From positions 1,070 through 65,069 of the IMG/VR virus record IMGVR_UViG_3300049043_000164: a stretch of DNA of 64,000 bases, one strand, 5' to 3'. This document shows, piece after piece, positions 55,279 to 64,000 of this stretch (the stretch's first letter is position 1; the number at the start of each line of letters is the position of its first letter). Origin of the DNA: a virus. Taxonomy: Duplodnaviria; Caudoviricetes. The notes beneath the pieces are model-generated. The model was not told where the DNA came from, ran no database searches, and saw nothing but the letters and a program-made list of their open reading frames with translations. Both the position numbers and the translations under genes were made by a program.

Positions 55279-57018
55279 CTAAACAGATACTAGCTCAGAT
55301 TCACGTGCTTGGTAGCTTTGCTGAAAAGCTGTTGTGTACAGCTCTTGCTGCTCCGATGTAAGACTGGAATTTGAGATACCAACAATTTGTTTAACAGACA
55401 TCAAACCATTATTAACTTCAAGTTGAATTGTGAAGTTTGGTTTGCCGTCAATCAAACACAACACAATAAAGTGCTGTTTTTTACGTACACCTTCTGCGTA
55501 ATGTGCAGCGTTACCTACACAGTTACGTACTGCTTGTCCCCATTCACCCAATTGATGTGTATCAATCGGTTGAAAGAAAGACCAATTGTTGGAACCCAAC
55601 TGAATTTTAATAGGTTTTGGAAACAAGTCTTGTGGTAAAGCATGGTTTGGATTTTTAATCTTCCATGCTTCTGCTTGTACATAGTCATGGAATTCTTCAA
55701 TACGCCACCGTTTTGGTGGAACAAAATTTTGATGTTCTTCATTTCAAAAATTCGACAAAGCATTGAAATAGTGTCATGCCATTCATGAAACCTATAGACA
55801 TGGAGACCAAGGTTCTCGTCAAACACATAACGATATATGTTCTTTTCTTTAGCATTTTCAACTTCTTTTGTCATATTGTTTAGCAATAATTTGAAAGAAT
55901 GATGCAACAGGCATGTGCTTACAAAGCCAATCAGATACGGCAACCGTTGGAGTTTGACGACTAAAGTCAAGACCAATTAATTGATCAATGTAATTTTGAT
56001 AATAATCAATAGGGCAATCAGGCCAAATTCTATGGACACAATAAATACGAGCCAAAAGTTTCTTTATAATTTTCCATGGTCTATTAATGTAACCACGATA
56101 TTCATTTGTTACATCAAGATGCATTGCATTGACTTCATCACATTTTGTTTGAATCCATTTTCTAAAGAATGGTTTAGAAATAATATGGAGTATCTTGTTG
56201 TATGCTCTATATTCATCACCATCATATCCACTAGTGTGTGCATGATAAGTAATCAAGTCAAACAAATTTTCATATGAAGCTTTCCATGTTGATTTGTCAC
56301 AGTGTTGAAGCCAATACTCATCACTGACTTCTGATGATAAATTAAAAACAATAGAAGCAAGATTAGTTTTATTTACAATACGATCAAAGATGTTAGGTGA
56401 ATCTTTCCATATGGGAATTGTAGTTTTTAACTGTGACTCAAATTCTGAAATTATTTTACAAATATTTTTACCTTTTTGATAATAAGAAGCAGCCCCTGGA
56501 ATATTCCAATTGCGATTGATTTGTCCTTTACAGATTGATTCTGTGGTTACAAGTTCTTGATGTTGATACATCACAGAACGACTAGTGATTATTTGTTGAT
56601 AAGAATCAACTGAATTAATAATTACTTTAGGAATAATATCTCGAGCAGCTTTTGTATCTTTGAATGCAAAAGCATAGCCATATACATACTTATCTTCTTG
56701 TCCCTTGGGTGGTAGCCATGCAGCATACCAACATTGCTCGTAGTGATAAAGGATGGCAGTAACAATTACTTCACCATTAGTAATACGAGTGAATTTTTGA
56801 TGTCGATCAGATGCAGGACAAGAGTTGATGTTAGTAATAGCATCGTCAAGCATTGACTCACGCACCACATCAACAGGAATTAACCCCTTGGGATTACCAA
56901 GTGGATGTGTTGATTTTTTAGATTTAGGTTTTGAATTTGCATTTCTTGCCAGTTTCTTAAGCACTGGATCATATGCAATCAATTCAGTTTGTAAGTTAGA
57001 AGGTAGATGAAATAGCAT
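55279..57018 (-). CDS. PcfJ-like domain protein (frameshifted)
   Basis: C-terminal QP.D..QL..WG..VRNCVG..HY...FT.QL....V.QI.G.SN. Confidence 0.65.
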
Positions 57019-57046
57019 GGTGTGTTCGAAGTTAAGTTCAAAGTGT

Positions 57047-57074
57047 TGAGCAGTTTAAGGTCATGCTCAGGACC
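57047..57074 (-). ncRNA. 28-nt pseudoknot leader element, copy 5
   Basis: - strand GGUC C UGAGCA U GACC UUAAAC UGCUCA (compensatory changes in both stems). Confidence 0.75.
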
Positions 57075-57079
57075 AATGA

Positions 57080-57295
57080 TTAAAACCGCATAACTTCTTT
57101 ACCGTTGCAGGTAAAGACAAGTTGATCATAATGATCTGTTAAATACTCGTCCAAAGTTATTGTTCGATCTGATAACATAACTGGCATTTGATTAGCGAAT
57201 CCAAAGGCTGAATAAACTCTACCCTTGGGACCACGAATAACCAAATACCAACGCTTGAATTCAATTGAGAATCCAATCATTAATCTAAGCTCCAA
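57080..57295 (-). CDS. hypothetical protein
   Basis: 71 aa ORF; stop 5 nt before pseudoknot copy 5. Confidence 0.5.
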   Translation of the reverse strand: MELRLMIGFSIEFKRWYLVIRGPKGRVYSAFGFANQMPVMLSDRTITLDEYLTDHYDQLVFTCNGKEVMRF

Positions 57296-57537
57296 TCAGA
57301 TGTGTCAACGAGTTCCCACTGAAGATCGAGGTCAGTAAGATAATTACAGAAGTCATCTTCATTGGTTGGAATAGGTAGGTCTGGATCCAACTCAAAAGAT
57401 GTTGTACACAAAGCTGAAGTCCATTCTTCAGGATCGTCGCGAGTTGCTTTGAATAGAAGACGCATGCCTTCAACAACTGCTGTAACTGTGACATTAGAAC
57501 CATCAATAGTTGTGTTTTCAATAGCAAGTACTGCCAT
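57280..57537 (-). CDS. hypothetical protein
   Basis: 85 aa ORF. Confidence 0.55.
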   Translation of the reverse strand: MAVLAIENTTIDGSNVTVTAVVEGMRLLFKATRDDPEEWTSALCTTSFELDPDLPIPTNEDDFCNYLTDLDLQWELVDTSDWSLD

Positions 57538-57540
57538 AAA

Positions 57541-57738
57541 TCAAACCTCCATAAGTTCTTTGGGTTTCATGAATTGAGAATTAGGACCATACTTTTCTAC
57601 AAGATCAGGAAATGCATCAAGCAACCGTTGACGATTTACTGGATCTGCATAACGCAATGCTTGAGAAATACATGATACAAATGTACCACCATGAGATTCC
57701 ATCAAGGCAGTCATTGCAAAGAATTGAGCTGGGTTCAT
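57541..57738 (-). CDS. hypothetical protein
   Basis: MNPAQFF...GG.F...I..A...AD..N..RL..AFP. Confidence 0.6.
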   Translation of the reverse strand: MNPAQFFAMTALMESHGGTFVSCISQALRYADPVNRQRLLDAFPDLVEKYGPNSQFMKPKELMEV

Positions 57739-57759
57739 AAGATGAGTTGAGATAGAACA

Positions 57760-57787
57760 TAGACAGTTTAACGTCATGTCTAGGACG
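57760..57787 (-). ncRNA. 28-nt pseudoknot leader element, copy 6
   Basis: - strand CGUC C UAGACA U GACG UUAAAC UGUCUA. Confidence 0.75.
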
Positions 57788-57922
57788 TGATCAATGGTTA
57801 GTAATGGATATTGATAGTACTAATGAATAGTAGATATTAAGTAACGTAATAGAGATTGCTCCTGTGGTACTGGCTGTTACCAGGGGGTTATAGGGGGATC
57901 TTCATATTGTTTTAATGTTTCG

Positions 57923-58123
57923 TCAAAGTAGTTTGATGTTTCTTTTGGATAGGCCAGTGCCTGGAATACTAATAGACCCAAGCACACCCGACTCACGTGC
58001 ATTAAATGTTACTTGGAATGGACCAAGTTTAATTGATTTACTAAATGATTTAACACCACGTTCTGTGACGTTAAAGCCAGCGATTGTTTTATCGAAATTA
58101 AATAGTGATTTCTTTTGAGTCAT
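57923..58123 (-). CDS. DUF4236-like small protein
   Basis: SKSIKLGP...N....G...SISIPGTGLS. Confidence 0.55.
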   Translation of the reverse strand: MTQKKSLFNFDKTIAGFNVTERGVKSFSKSIKLGPFQVTFNARESGVLGSISIPGTGLSKRNIKLL

Positions 58124-58773
58124 GAGTTGTTTACAATGTCATCAACAATGTGATTAATAATTTCTTGATTGTCATCTTCAAGAATTTGATCTTGAATAAG
58201 TTGTTGGATTGATTCAGAATAATCACAGTTACTTACTGTGTATTCACGGCCATCAATTTCAATAATTTCTTTGTAAATAATTTGTTTAGTCATTTAGTTT
58301 GTTTGCGTTGATACAGTGTAAAGCCACGCATAGTCTTGGAATCAAGCATTGTCCAAGGCCCAATGTTGGCACAGCCAATCAAGTAATAACACTTGAAAAA
58401 ACCTGGGTGTTCATCCCATGTCTTCATCTGTAACCATAAGTTTGGATCCTGTACCAAACGTATTCTTTAGGTTAGATTCCCAGATGTCCCCTGGTTGAGC
58501 AGGAAGATTACTTGTGTCTTGTTTTGAATACTGAGGAGATTGTTTGGTTTTAGATTTAGATTGAGTCATGGAATTAACTTAAGTTGTTCTTGTTCTTTTT
58601 CAGTGAATGTTGAATACAGATATTCGAGAGCAAACATATCATCACTTGTTTTATCAAGAATGACATAAGCTCTTAACTTATCATGAGCAGTGATTGTTGC
58701 ATGGGGATGAGCAATTGTTTTAGCAACATCAAACAATAACTCATCATAAAGTTGTTGTTGTATTTTAGATAAG

Positions 58774-59148
58774 TTAGTCATTGTTGTAATCAATAGAATT
58801 GCGAGAAGCAATTACGAATTCAAGTACAAAATAATCATCATCTCCGTATACTGGAGCATGGTATTTAGCATGGAATCCACCAGAGCCTACTTCTTCCTTA
58901 TTTTTGATAGATTCTCGAAGTAAATGTCGTGCCATTGCTTTAAGTCTTTGGATTGATGGAATTGACATCCCATTGCCTTCAGTGCACACCCATTGCCAAT
59001 CAAGAGCAACCATGGCACACCTAACTCTTTCAAAGTTAAAGTTATCAATAATGTAATCAATTTGTTCTTCTGTTTTAATAGAGTTAATCAATGTATTGTT
59101 GCAATCTTCTGATTCATTAATCATAAAAAGTGATTTAGATTGAGTCAT
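58774..59148 (-). CDS. hypothetical protein
   Basis: IDYIIDNFNFERV...M.AL.W.W...SGGF. Confidence 0.55.
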   Translation of the reverse strand: MTQSKSLFMINESEDCNNTLINSIKTEEQIDYIIDNFNFERVRCAMVALDWQWVCTEGNGMSIPSIQRLKAMARHLLRESIKNKEEVGSGGFHAKYHAPVYGDDDYFVLEFVIASRNSIDYNND

Positions 59149-60118
59149 TGATTTAATTAGCTAAGTTTGATGATGATTAATGTTGCACAGATGATTGATA
59201 CGCAGATCACCACTGCTTCTTGTGTTGTCATTGCAGATGATCTGGCATGAGTATTTTGAGTATCTGCTTCGTTCATAGTTTGTCATTACAAATTTCTCTC
59301 CATTGGGAGCTACAAAGCCACCAATGAAACCAATTCCATTACGATCGGCAGCCTCTTTCATCTTGGCAACCACTTGCATGGCTTCCAATCTTTGGAGATC
59401 TACCGAGTCAGGAATACGTGGTTTATGTGAATCGTTAAGTGCAGACATTGTTTTGAATGGTGTGAGTTAATTGGACGTTGTTAGCTTACCACTATCTGTC
59501 AAGTGGAACTACTCATAACATGAGTTGTAACACCCATGACATGAGTAGGTTATTGAGAATGGTTCGCAATTAGCGATGGGCTTCTTGATGTTCTTTCATG
59601 CACGTAGTTACATGTATTAAACTAACGATGCATCTCTTGGTGTTCTTTCCAAGCTTTGCTGTGCATTTCATCCATGGTAATAGGTGGTTCACCATATGAA
59701 TCCTCGATATCACCAGGCCATTCAATTGCTTTCTCAAGAAGATCAATGGCTTCCAATAGTTGTTCTTCCGAACCATAAGGAAGATCATTGTATCCCAAGG
59801 GACGTTCTCTTCTCGTTCAACAATAGCTTTAAGTTCTTTAATCATGAGTTCAATACGTTTATCATCATGCATTACAAAAACTTTTTCAGTGCCATCTGAA
59901 AGTTTGTAAGTACGTGATTCAAAATGAAGTTGGGTTTGTGACATAGTAAAGATGTGGTTAGTTTAGAAATTAATCTTGGGACTTACACCACATAAAAGTG
60001 TGGATGCCCAAGATTTATTTAAAGGTTATTGCGAAAGATTCTCAATAACCTTTGTATTGGTTGATTAGCCAATACTTGAGTAGTATTGGTAGTTTCTTGT
60101 AGCTAAACAATACTTGAT

Positions 60119-60475
60119 TTAAATCAAGCCAAGAATCCTCAACCAACTATCTGGGTGATCAGGTTCTACTTCGTCACCTCCAGGGGTGAAGCAGACGCTA
60201 TCGAACGAATACTCTTCGATGTCTTCGTTGGTTGGGATGTCGTACCAACCCGTGAGTTCGTCCTTTTCCTCTGCCGAGTAATTGTCTCCGGCTGGAATCC
60301 AATAGCAGCGGAGGACTCCCTCTTTGTTTCTGTAGACGTTACCAGTGCAGGGGATTGCTCCCTTTGGTGCGTTCTGGAAGTCGCACTCTGCCTGGAACTG
60401 TTGCTGCCCTTCTTCTTCATCGAAGGGTTCGTAACCGAAGGAAGCAGCGATTTCTTGGGTGATTGGATGAAGCAT
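60119..60475 (-). CDS. hypothetical protein
   Basis: DSVC.TP.GD.VEPD.PDSWL.ILGLI. Confidence 0.55.
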   Translation of the reverse strand: MLHPITQEIAASFGYEPFDEEEGQQQFQAECDFQNAPKGAIPCTGNVYRNKEGVLRCYWIPAGDNYSAEEKDELTGWYDIPTNEDIEEYSFDSVCFTPGGDEVEPDHPDSWLRILGLI

Positions 60476-60553
60476 GAGATGAACTCCGTAATAATAATTG
60501 AAGTGATTGCAAGGATGACAATAATAATGTCATCAGTTAATTGAGAATTGTTC

Positions 60554-60757
60554 TCAAGAACCTTGGTCGTCGTCATGGATGACGCCCTCCCAATCTTGTG
60601 TGTTAGTTACTGTGAACCCAACGAATTGCTCATTGGCTTCTATCATTGTCCATTCACTTTGCGAAGATTCTATCATTGCTTGGTATTGCTCTTCTGCCAT
60701 ATCAGACATGGCATCAAGCAAGTCAGCGTTGTAGTTTTGATCAAGTTGATGTGCCAT
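60554..60757 (-). CDS. hypothetical acidic protein
   Basis: ORF from MAHQLDQ, downstream of pseudoknot copy 7. Confidence 0.5.
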   Translation of the reverse strand: MAHQLDQNYNADLLDAMSDMAEEQYQAMIESSQSEWTMIEANEQFVGFTVTNTQDWEGVIHDDDQGS

Positions 60758-60784
60758 TTGAGGTAGATTTGATGTAGTGTTTGT

Positions 60785-60812
60785 AGAGCAGTTTAAGGAC
60801 ATGCTCAGGTCC
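60785..60812 (-). ncRNA. 28-nt pseudoknot leader element, copy 7
   Basis: - strand GGAC C UGAGCA U GUCC UUAAAC UGCUCU (two compensatory changes in stem 1). Confidence 0.75.
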
Positions 60813-61487
60813 AATATTGTGATTACGAATTAATTGCAGGACTTACAGTTGTAATTACGGATAAGGAACAAAGTTTGATTCCTTACCAGTCAACTGTTGA
60901 ATCGTCACACAATGCTCTTGAATATCTTCAAGAGATTCGTAATCTTCTGTTTGGTTTTCAACGACTTCGCAACCGACATCTTCAAGTTCATCAATGAACT
61001 GAGACCATGAATTGGCATTGCCATAAACATGGGCATAGCGACCGGTTGCATCAGAGATTAGTGCTACGTAAGTCATAGGTTGAGTTGGTGTTAGTTCAAA
61101 GGGTCTGCGATCTGTTGCCATGACAAGTGCATGGACAGAATTCAGATCTCTGGTTGGCAAGCTCACCGTTTGGTTTCCACTTGAGAGCTGTGCTGAATAG
61201 GTACTCGCTTGGTGCCACCATCAAAATTAAATGTGCTGATATCGTAACCAAGCATAGCGCCTGTAGTGATAGCAGCAATGCTGGTGGCAGTGATAAAGAC
61301 AAGTGCTTTACCAACGAATGAAGCAGCTTTTTCACCCATATTCATAGTGTATGAATCAAGGTGCAAAAAACTGCGATCACTTAATTTAATAATGTGTTTC
61401 ATGATAATAAGTTAAAGAGTAAATAATCAACCTAACGGTTGATGGGCCAATAGTACTGTTGTACTAATAATGGTGGATAGCCAGGAG

Positions 61488-61904
61488 TTACCACCAACTG
61501 TTATAACAAATCTTCAATCCTTTATCAAGCAAATAAAATGCTTGTTTACAGAATTCAAGATCTTGTTCTTTGTATTCTTCATCGGAATTATCTCCGAAAA
61601 AGAATCCGGTGGTATCTGAATAACCACCATTAAGTGTACTATTTTCTACATCAAGTTTTAATTCATCAATATCTTCTGAAGTAAGACTAACTTCAACACA
61701 GTTGAAATCGTCTGTTAATTTAGTGCGTTTTCTCCACAAACGCTCCATCCAACCTTGAAGATTTGGATGTTTGCGCCAAGTACAAATACGTACATGCGCT
61801 GCAATATCTAAGTTAATAATAAGTTCTTGGTCAAGAATAGTATTGTCAAGTTCTGTGGGATCAAAATTGATCAACTTGACATATGCCCATTGGTCAAGTC
61901 CCAT
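61488..61904 (-). CDS. conserved phage hypothetical protein
   Basis: MGLDQWAY...WRKHPNLQGWM...FNC...TGFFFG..S...Y.SWW. Confidence 0.7.
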   Translation of the reverse strand: MGLDQWAYVKLINFDPTELDNTILDQELIINLDIAAHVRICTWRKHPNLQGWMERLWRKRTKLTDDFNCVEVSLTSEDIDELKLDVENSTLNGGYSDTTGFFFGDNSDEEYKEQDLEFCKQAFYLLDKGLKICYNSWW

Positions 61905-61988
61905 AATGTGTAATAAGTAAGATTGTGTGCAGGATGTTAAGTCCTGCAGAAACCCATCTTGTTACAGATGGGAATATGCAGGAATTAA

Positions 61989-62402
61989 TCAGATAGCTTC
62001 AAGTTCTTGCTTAACTTGAACTTTAGTCTTCTTGGTAGCAACCTTTCCTTCAGCTTTAGGCTGTGGCTTAGAACCAAATGCATAGTCAATGACTTTCATT
62101 TGGAACTCAGGTTGCTTAAGAGGAGTTAGCTCTTCATCTTTCATATAGAAGCAACGGATTGCCTGGATCTTACCAGAGACTGTAAGCTCTTGCCCTACAA
62201 CCAAATTGTCATTGGTGTAAGCAGTCAATAGTCCATTGCTATTAAGAAACTTAACAGTGATTGTTGCATCACCATTAAGACGGTGATACAAGGTAACAAC
62301 CAAGCAATCACGATCATCTTCAGTCTTGATGACAGTAAGATTTGCAATGCGACCAAGCATGGTAACTGTTTGAAGGTCACCAAAGAGTGCAGCGTAAGTC
62401 AT
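61989..62402 (-). CDS. SSB-like OB-fold protein
   Basis: VTMLGRIA...V.F...L.VGQELTVSGKI. Confidence 0.5.
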   Translation of the reverse strand: MTYAALFGDLQTVTMLGRIANLTVIKTEDDRDCLVVTLYHRLNGDATITVKFLNSNGLLTAYTNDNLVVGQELTVSGKIQAIRCFYMKDEELTPLKQPEFQMKVIDYAFGSKPQPKAEGKVATKKTKVQVKQELEAI

Positions 62403-62485
62403 TTGAATTGAATTGCAGTTGACTGTGTAGCAGGATAATAAATCCTGCAGAAAACCCTGGTGTTACTCAGGGTTAAGTGCAGGAA

Positions 62486-62728
62486 TCAATCAACGATGTG
62501 TTCTTGTTCCCATTTGAGAAGTGCACGGTTGAGATCAACCTTCTTCTCGAGAACAATACAGAACGGTACTAAGTTCTGAAACTGTACCAAGCCATCCTGC
62601 CATTGGTAAAAGACCTCGAGTGCAGCCTGACGCTGCTGTTCAAGCTCTTGGTCAATAGCAGGAGAATCTCTGCGTGCAAGCAAACGAGCTTGGTGGCAGA
62701 GTAGATGTTCAACACTTGCAGGAGACAT
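62486..62728 (-). CDS. hypothetical protein
   Basis: ORF from MSPASVE, between repeat copies. Confidence 0.5.
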   Translation of the reverse strand: MSPASVEHLLCHQARLLARRDSPAIDQELEQQRQAALEVFYQWQDGLVQFQNLVPFCIVLEKKVDLNRALLKWEQEHIVD

Positions 62729-62819
62729 AGTCCTAAATGGGTTGAGTTGAATTGAATGCAGATATGAAGTCTGCAGAAACCCATCACCATTTAAAAACAG
62801 TGATGGGAATAGGCAAACA

Positions 62820-63048
62820 TCAATCAACACTATATACTTGACAGTAATTGTAATAATCTACGAGTTCAGCATGTAGTTCACTGACACCTGCTGGTATACC
62901 ACCACCAAGAGTGCGAACCTGACAATCAATCCAAGCTGGATTACCATTTGCATCAATAGATTCTCTTTCGTAATGAAGCTGAGTTGACTCACCTCCATAC
63001 CAAACGACTCGATCATTGGAATAAACATTAGGTTGATAAATAAACATA
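62820..63048 (-). CDS. hypothetical protein
   Basis: ORF from MFIYQPN. Confidence 0.5.
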
Positions 63049-63125
63049 AATGCATTAATTAAACCACCCTCAGTGGGTGGTAATAACTGGGACAGGGTTT
63101 GCACCTGTCCACCCGCTTTAACGGA

Positions 63126-63482
63126 TCAGTCGTCATCTTGCCAAACCAAACGTTCTTCTTCACGCTGACGCATGAATTTAATAACACCTTTAACTTCGGC
63201 AAGTGTTAAGTTACCAGTTGGATTACACATACCTGGGAACCATACCTCATAAGTAGGTTCTTCACCTGGTGAGTTACTTGCCATAAGTCCTGAACCCTGC
63301 GGTCCAGTGACAATAGATATCTCACCAACAAGACTATCAACATATACCAGGTGGAAACCACCAGGCACATTCCGATGTGGTAACCAACCAGTAGTCAGGT
63401 CAATCACGGATGTTCTCCGTAGTGCGGTGCCTATCTCCGCTGGAGGCAATGCTGAGTGAGGGATTTGATCCCCCAGCATCAC
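63126..63482 (-). CDS. hypothetical protein
   Basis: 118 aa ORF. Confidence 0.5.
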   Translation of the reverse strand: MMLGDQIPHSALPPAEIGTALRRTSVIDLTTGWLPHRNVPGGFHLVYVDSLVGEISIVTGPQGSGLMASNSPGEEPTYEVWFPGMCNPTGNLTLAEVKGVIKFMRQREEERLVWQDDD

Positions 63483-63817
63483 GCCTGATACTCAGAAAGG
63501 AAACGATTCAATACAAAGCAAATCCTGTTCCCAATCCTCAAATGTATTGAGGTAAGAAACAGCTTGCTCTTTGGTATCAAACTGACGTTCACACCCTTGC
63601 AAATATGCATCAGCAAAGGTATAATCAAAGTTGGAATCGAAGTGGATTCCGTTTGATTTGAACAGTGTAAATCATGACGAATTCGAAAGATAAATAACAA
63701 ATTCACTTCATTCATTCTTCCTTTCGCAACTACCAATCCTCGAGATCCCTTGGCGCGACAGTCTTCTCAGCGATTTACGTCGTGCAAGGGAGATAGGTTT
63801 AGGCCAAAAAAGTAGGC

Positions 63818-63851
63818 GTTTTCCACAGGTTAAGAGTAGTTTTCCACAGGT
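63818..63851. promoter_or_regulatory. two direct-repeat DnaA-box-like sites
   Basis: GTTTTCCACAGGT at 63818-63830 and 63839-63851, 21 bp apart. Confidence 0.55.
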
Positions 63852-64000
63852 GTTGTGTAAAAGTCGATGTGACGACCGCCTACGTTACCTTTGATATATA
63901 AAAATTACTTATCAATCATCACGTACTCTTTTTTTCTACATCCCCGGCAGCTCAACAATACGTAACTGAACCAGGTACAGACGAATGGACTGTCCCCGTA

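Larger units (their letters stand above)
61928..62820 (-). repeat. three copies of a ~60-nt intergenic structured element (61928-61985, 62430-62486, 62757-62820)
   Basis: + strand pattern GCAG(G)A-N6-7-(C)CTGCAGAAA-CCC...GGG-N4-GCA; inner hairpins differ in sequence but keep pairing. Confidence 0.75.

Noticed and set aside
58549-59150. Two genes starting with the same MTQSKS coding sequence (GATTTAGATTGAGTCAT)
   Set aside because: Only a ~17-nt match; compatible with a small local duplication or chance, with no further structure
45214-60812. 28-nt repeats as a CRISPR array or type III toxin-antitoxin RNA array
   Set aside because: Copies are dispersed singly kilobases apart, not tandem with spacers; no cas or ToxN-like gene seen
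45214-60812. 28-nt repeats as preQ1-I or SAM-II riboswitches
   Set aside because: The H-type topology is similar, but I do not see the ligand-contacting consensus of either class, and the downstream genes are unrelated to those pathways
1-64000. Many split genes (polA, primase-helicase, gmd, integrase, GT4) as pseudogenes, programmed frameshifts or stop-codon recoding
   Set aside because: Breaks are frame changes spread across essential genes, often near homopolymers, not in-frame stops of one type; sequencing indels are the simplest explanation

Overview
64 kb of a large tailed dsDNA phage. The host is most likely a freshwater picocyanobacterium, inferred from an NblA-like gene, a DUF5895-like gene and cyanobacterial-type DnaA boxes. 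The left part (1-24.5 kb, mainly + strand) holds virion, tail-fibre and lysis genes. The middle (24.5-43 kb) holds a primase-helicase, an exonuclease, speD, a gmd/ColD-like/glycosyltransferase module, a Dps-like gene and a structured ncRNA region. The right part (43-64 kb, - strand) holds Pol A, SSBs, tRNA-Leu(TAA) and many small early-type genes. Many genes are split by single-base indels, most likely long-read errors, so coordinates of merged genes are approximate. Most notable signals: (1) a GC-rich block of gene cassettes in the tail-fibre locus, punctuated by GTAGT-N7-ACTAC-like dyad sites at gene junctions and ending at a tyrosine recombinase (integron/shufflon-like); (2) seven copies of a covarying 28-nt H-type RNA pseudoknot in 5' leaders of - strand genes; (3) a second three-copy RNA element with alternative pairings; (4) a tRNA-like RNA with an enlarged anticodon arm; (5) a small ORF resembling a secreted-peptide precursor. 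All family assignments come from motifs recognised by eye; no searches were run.
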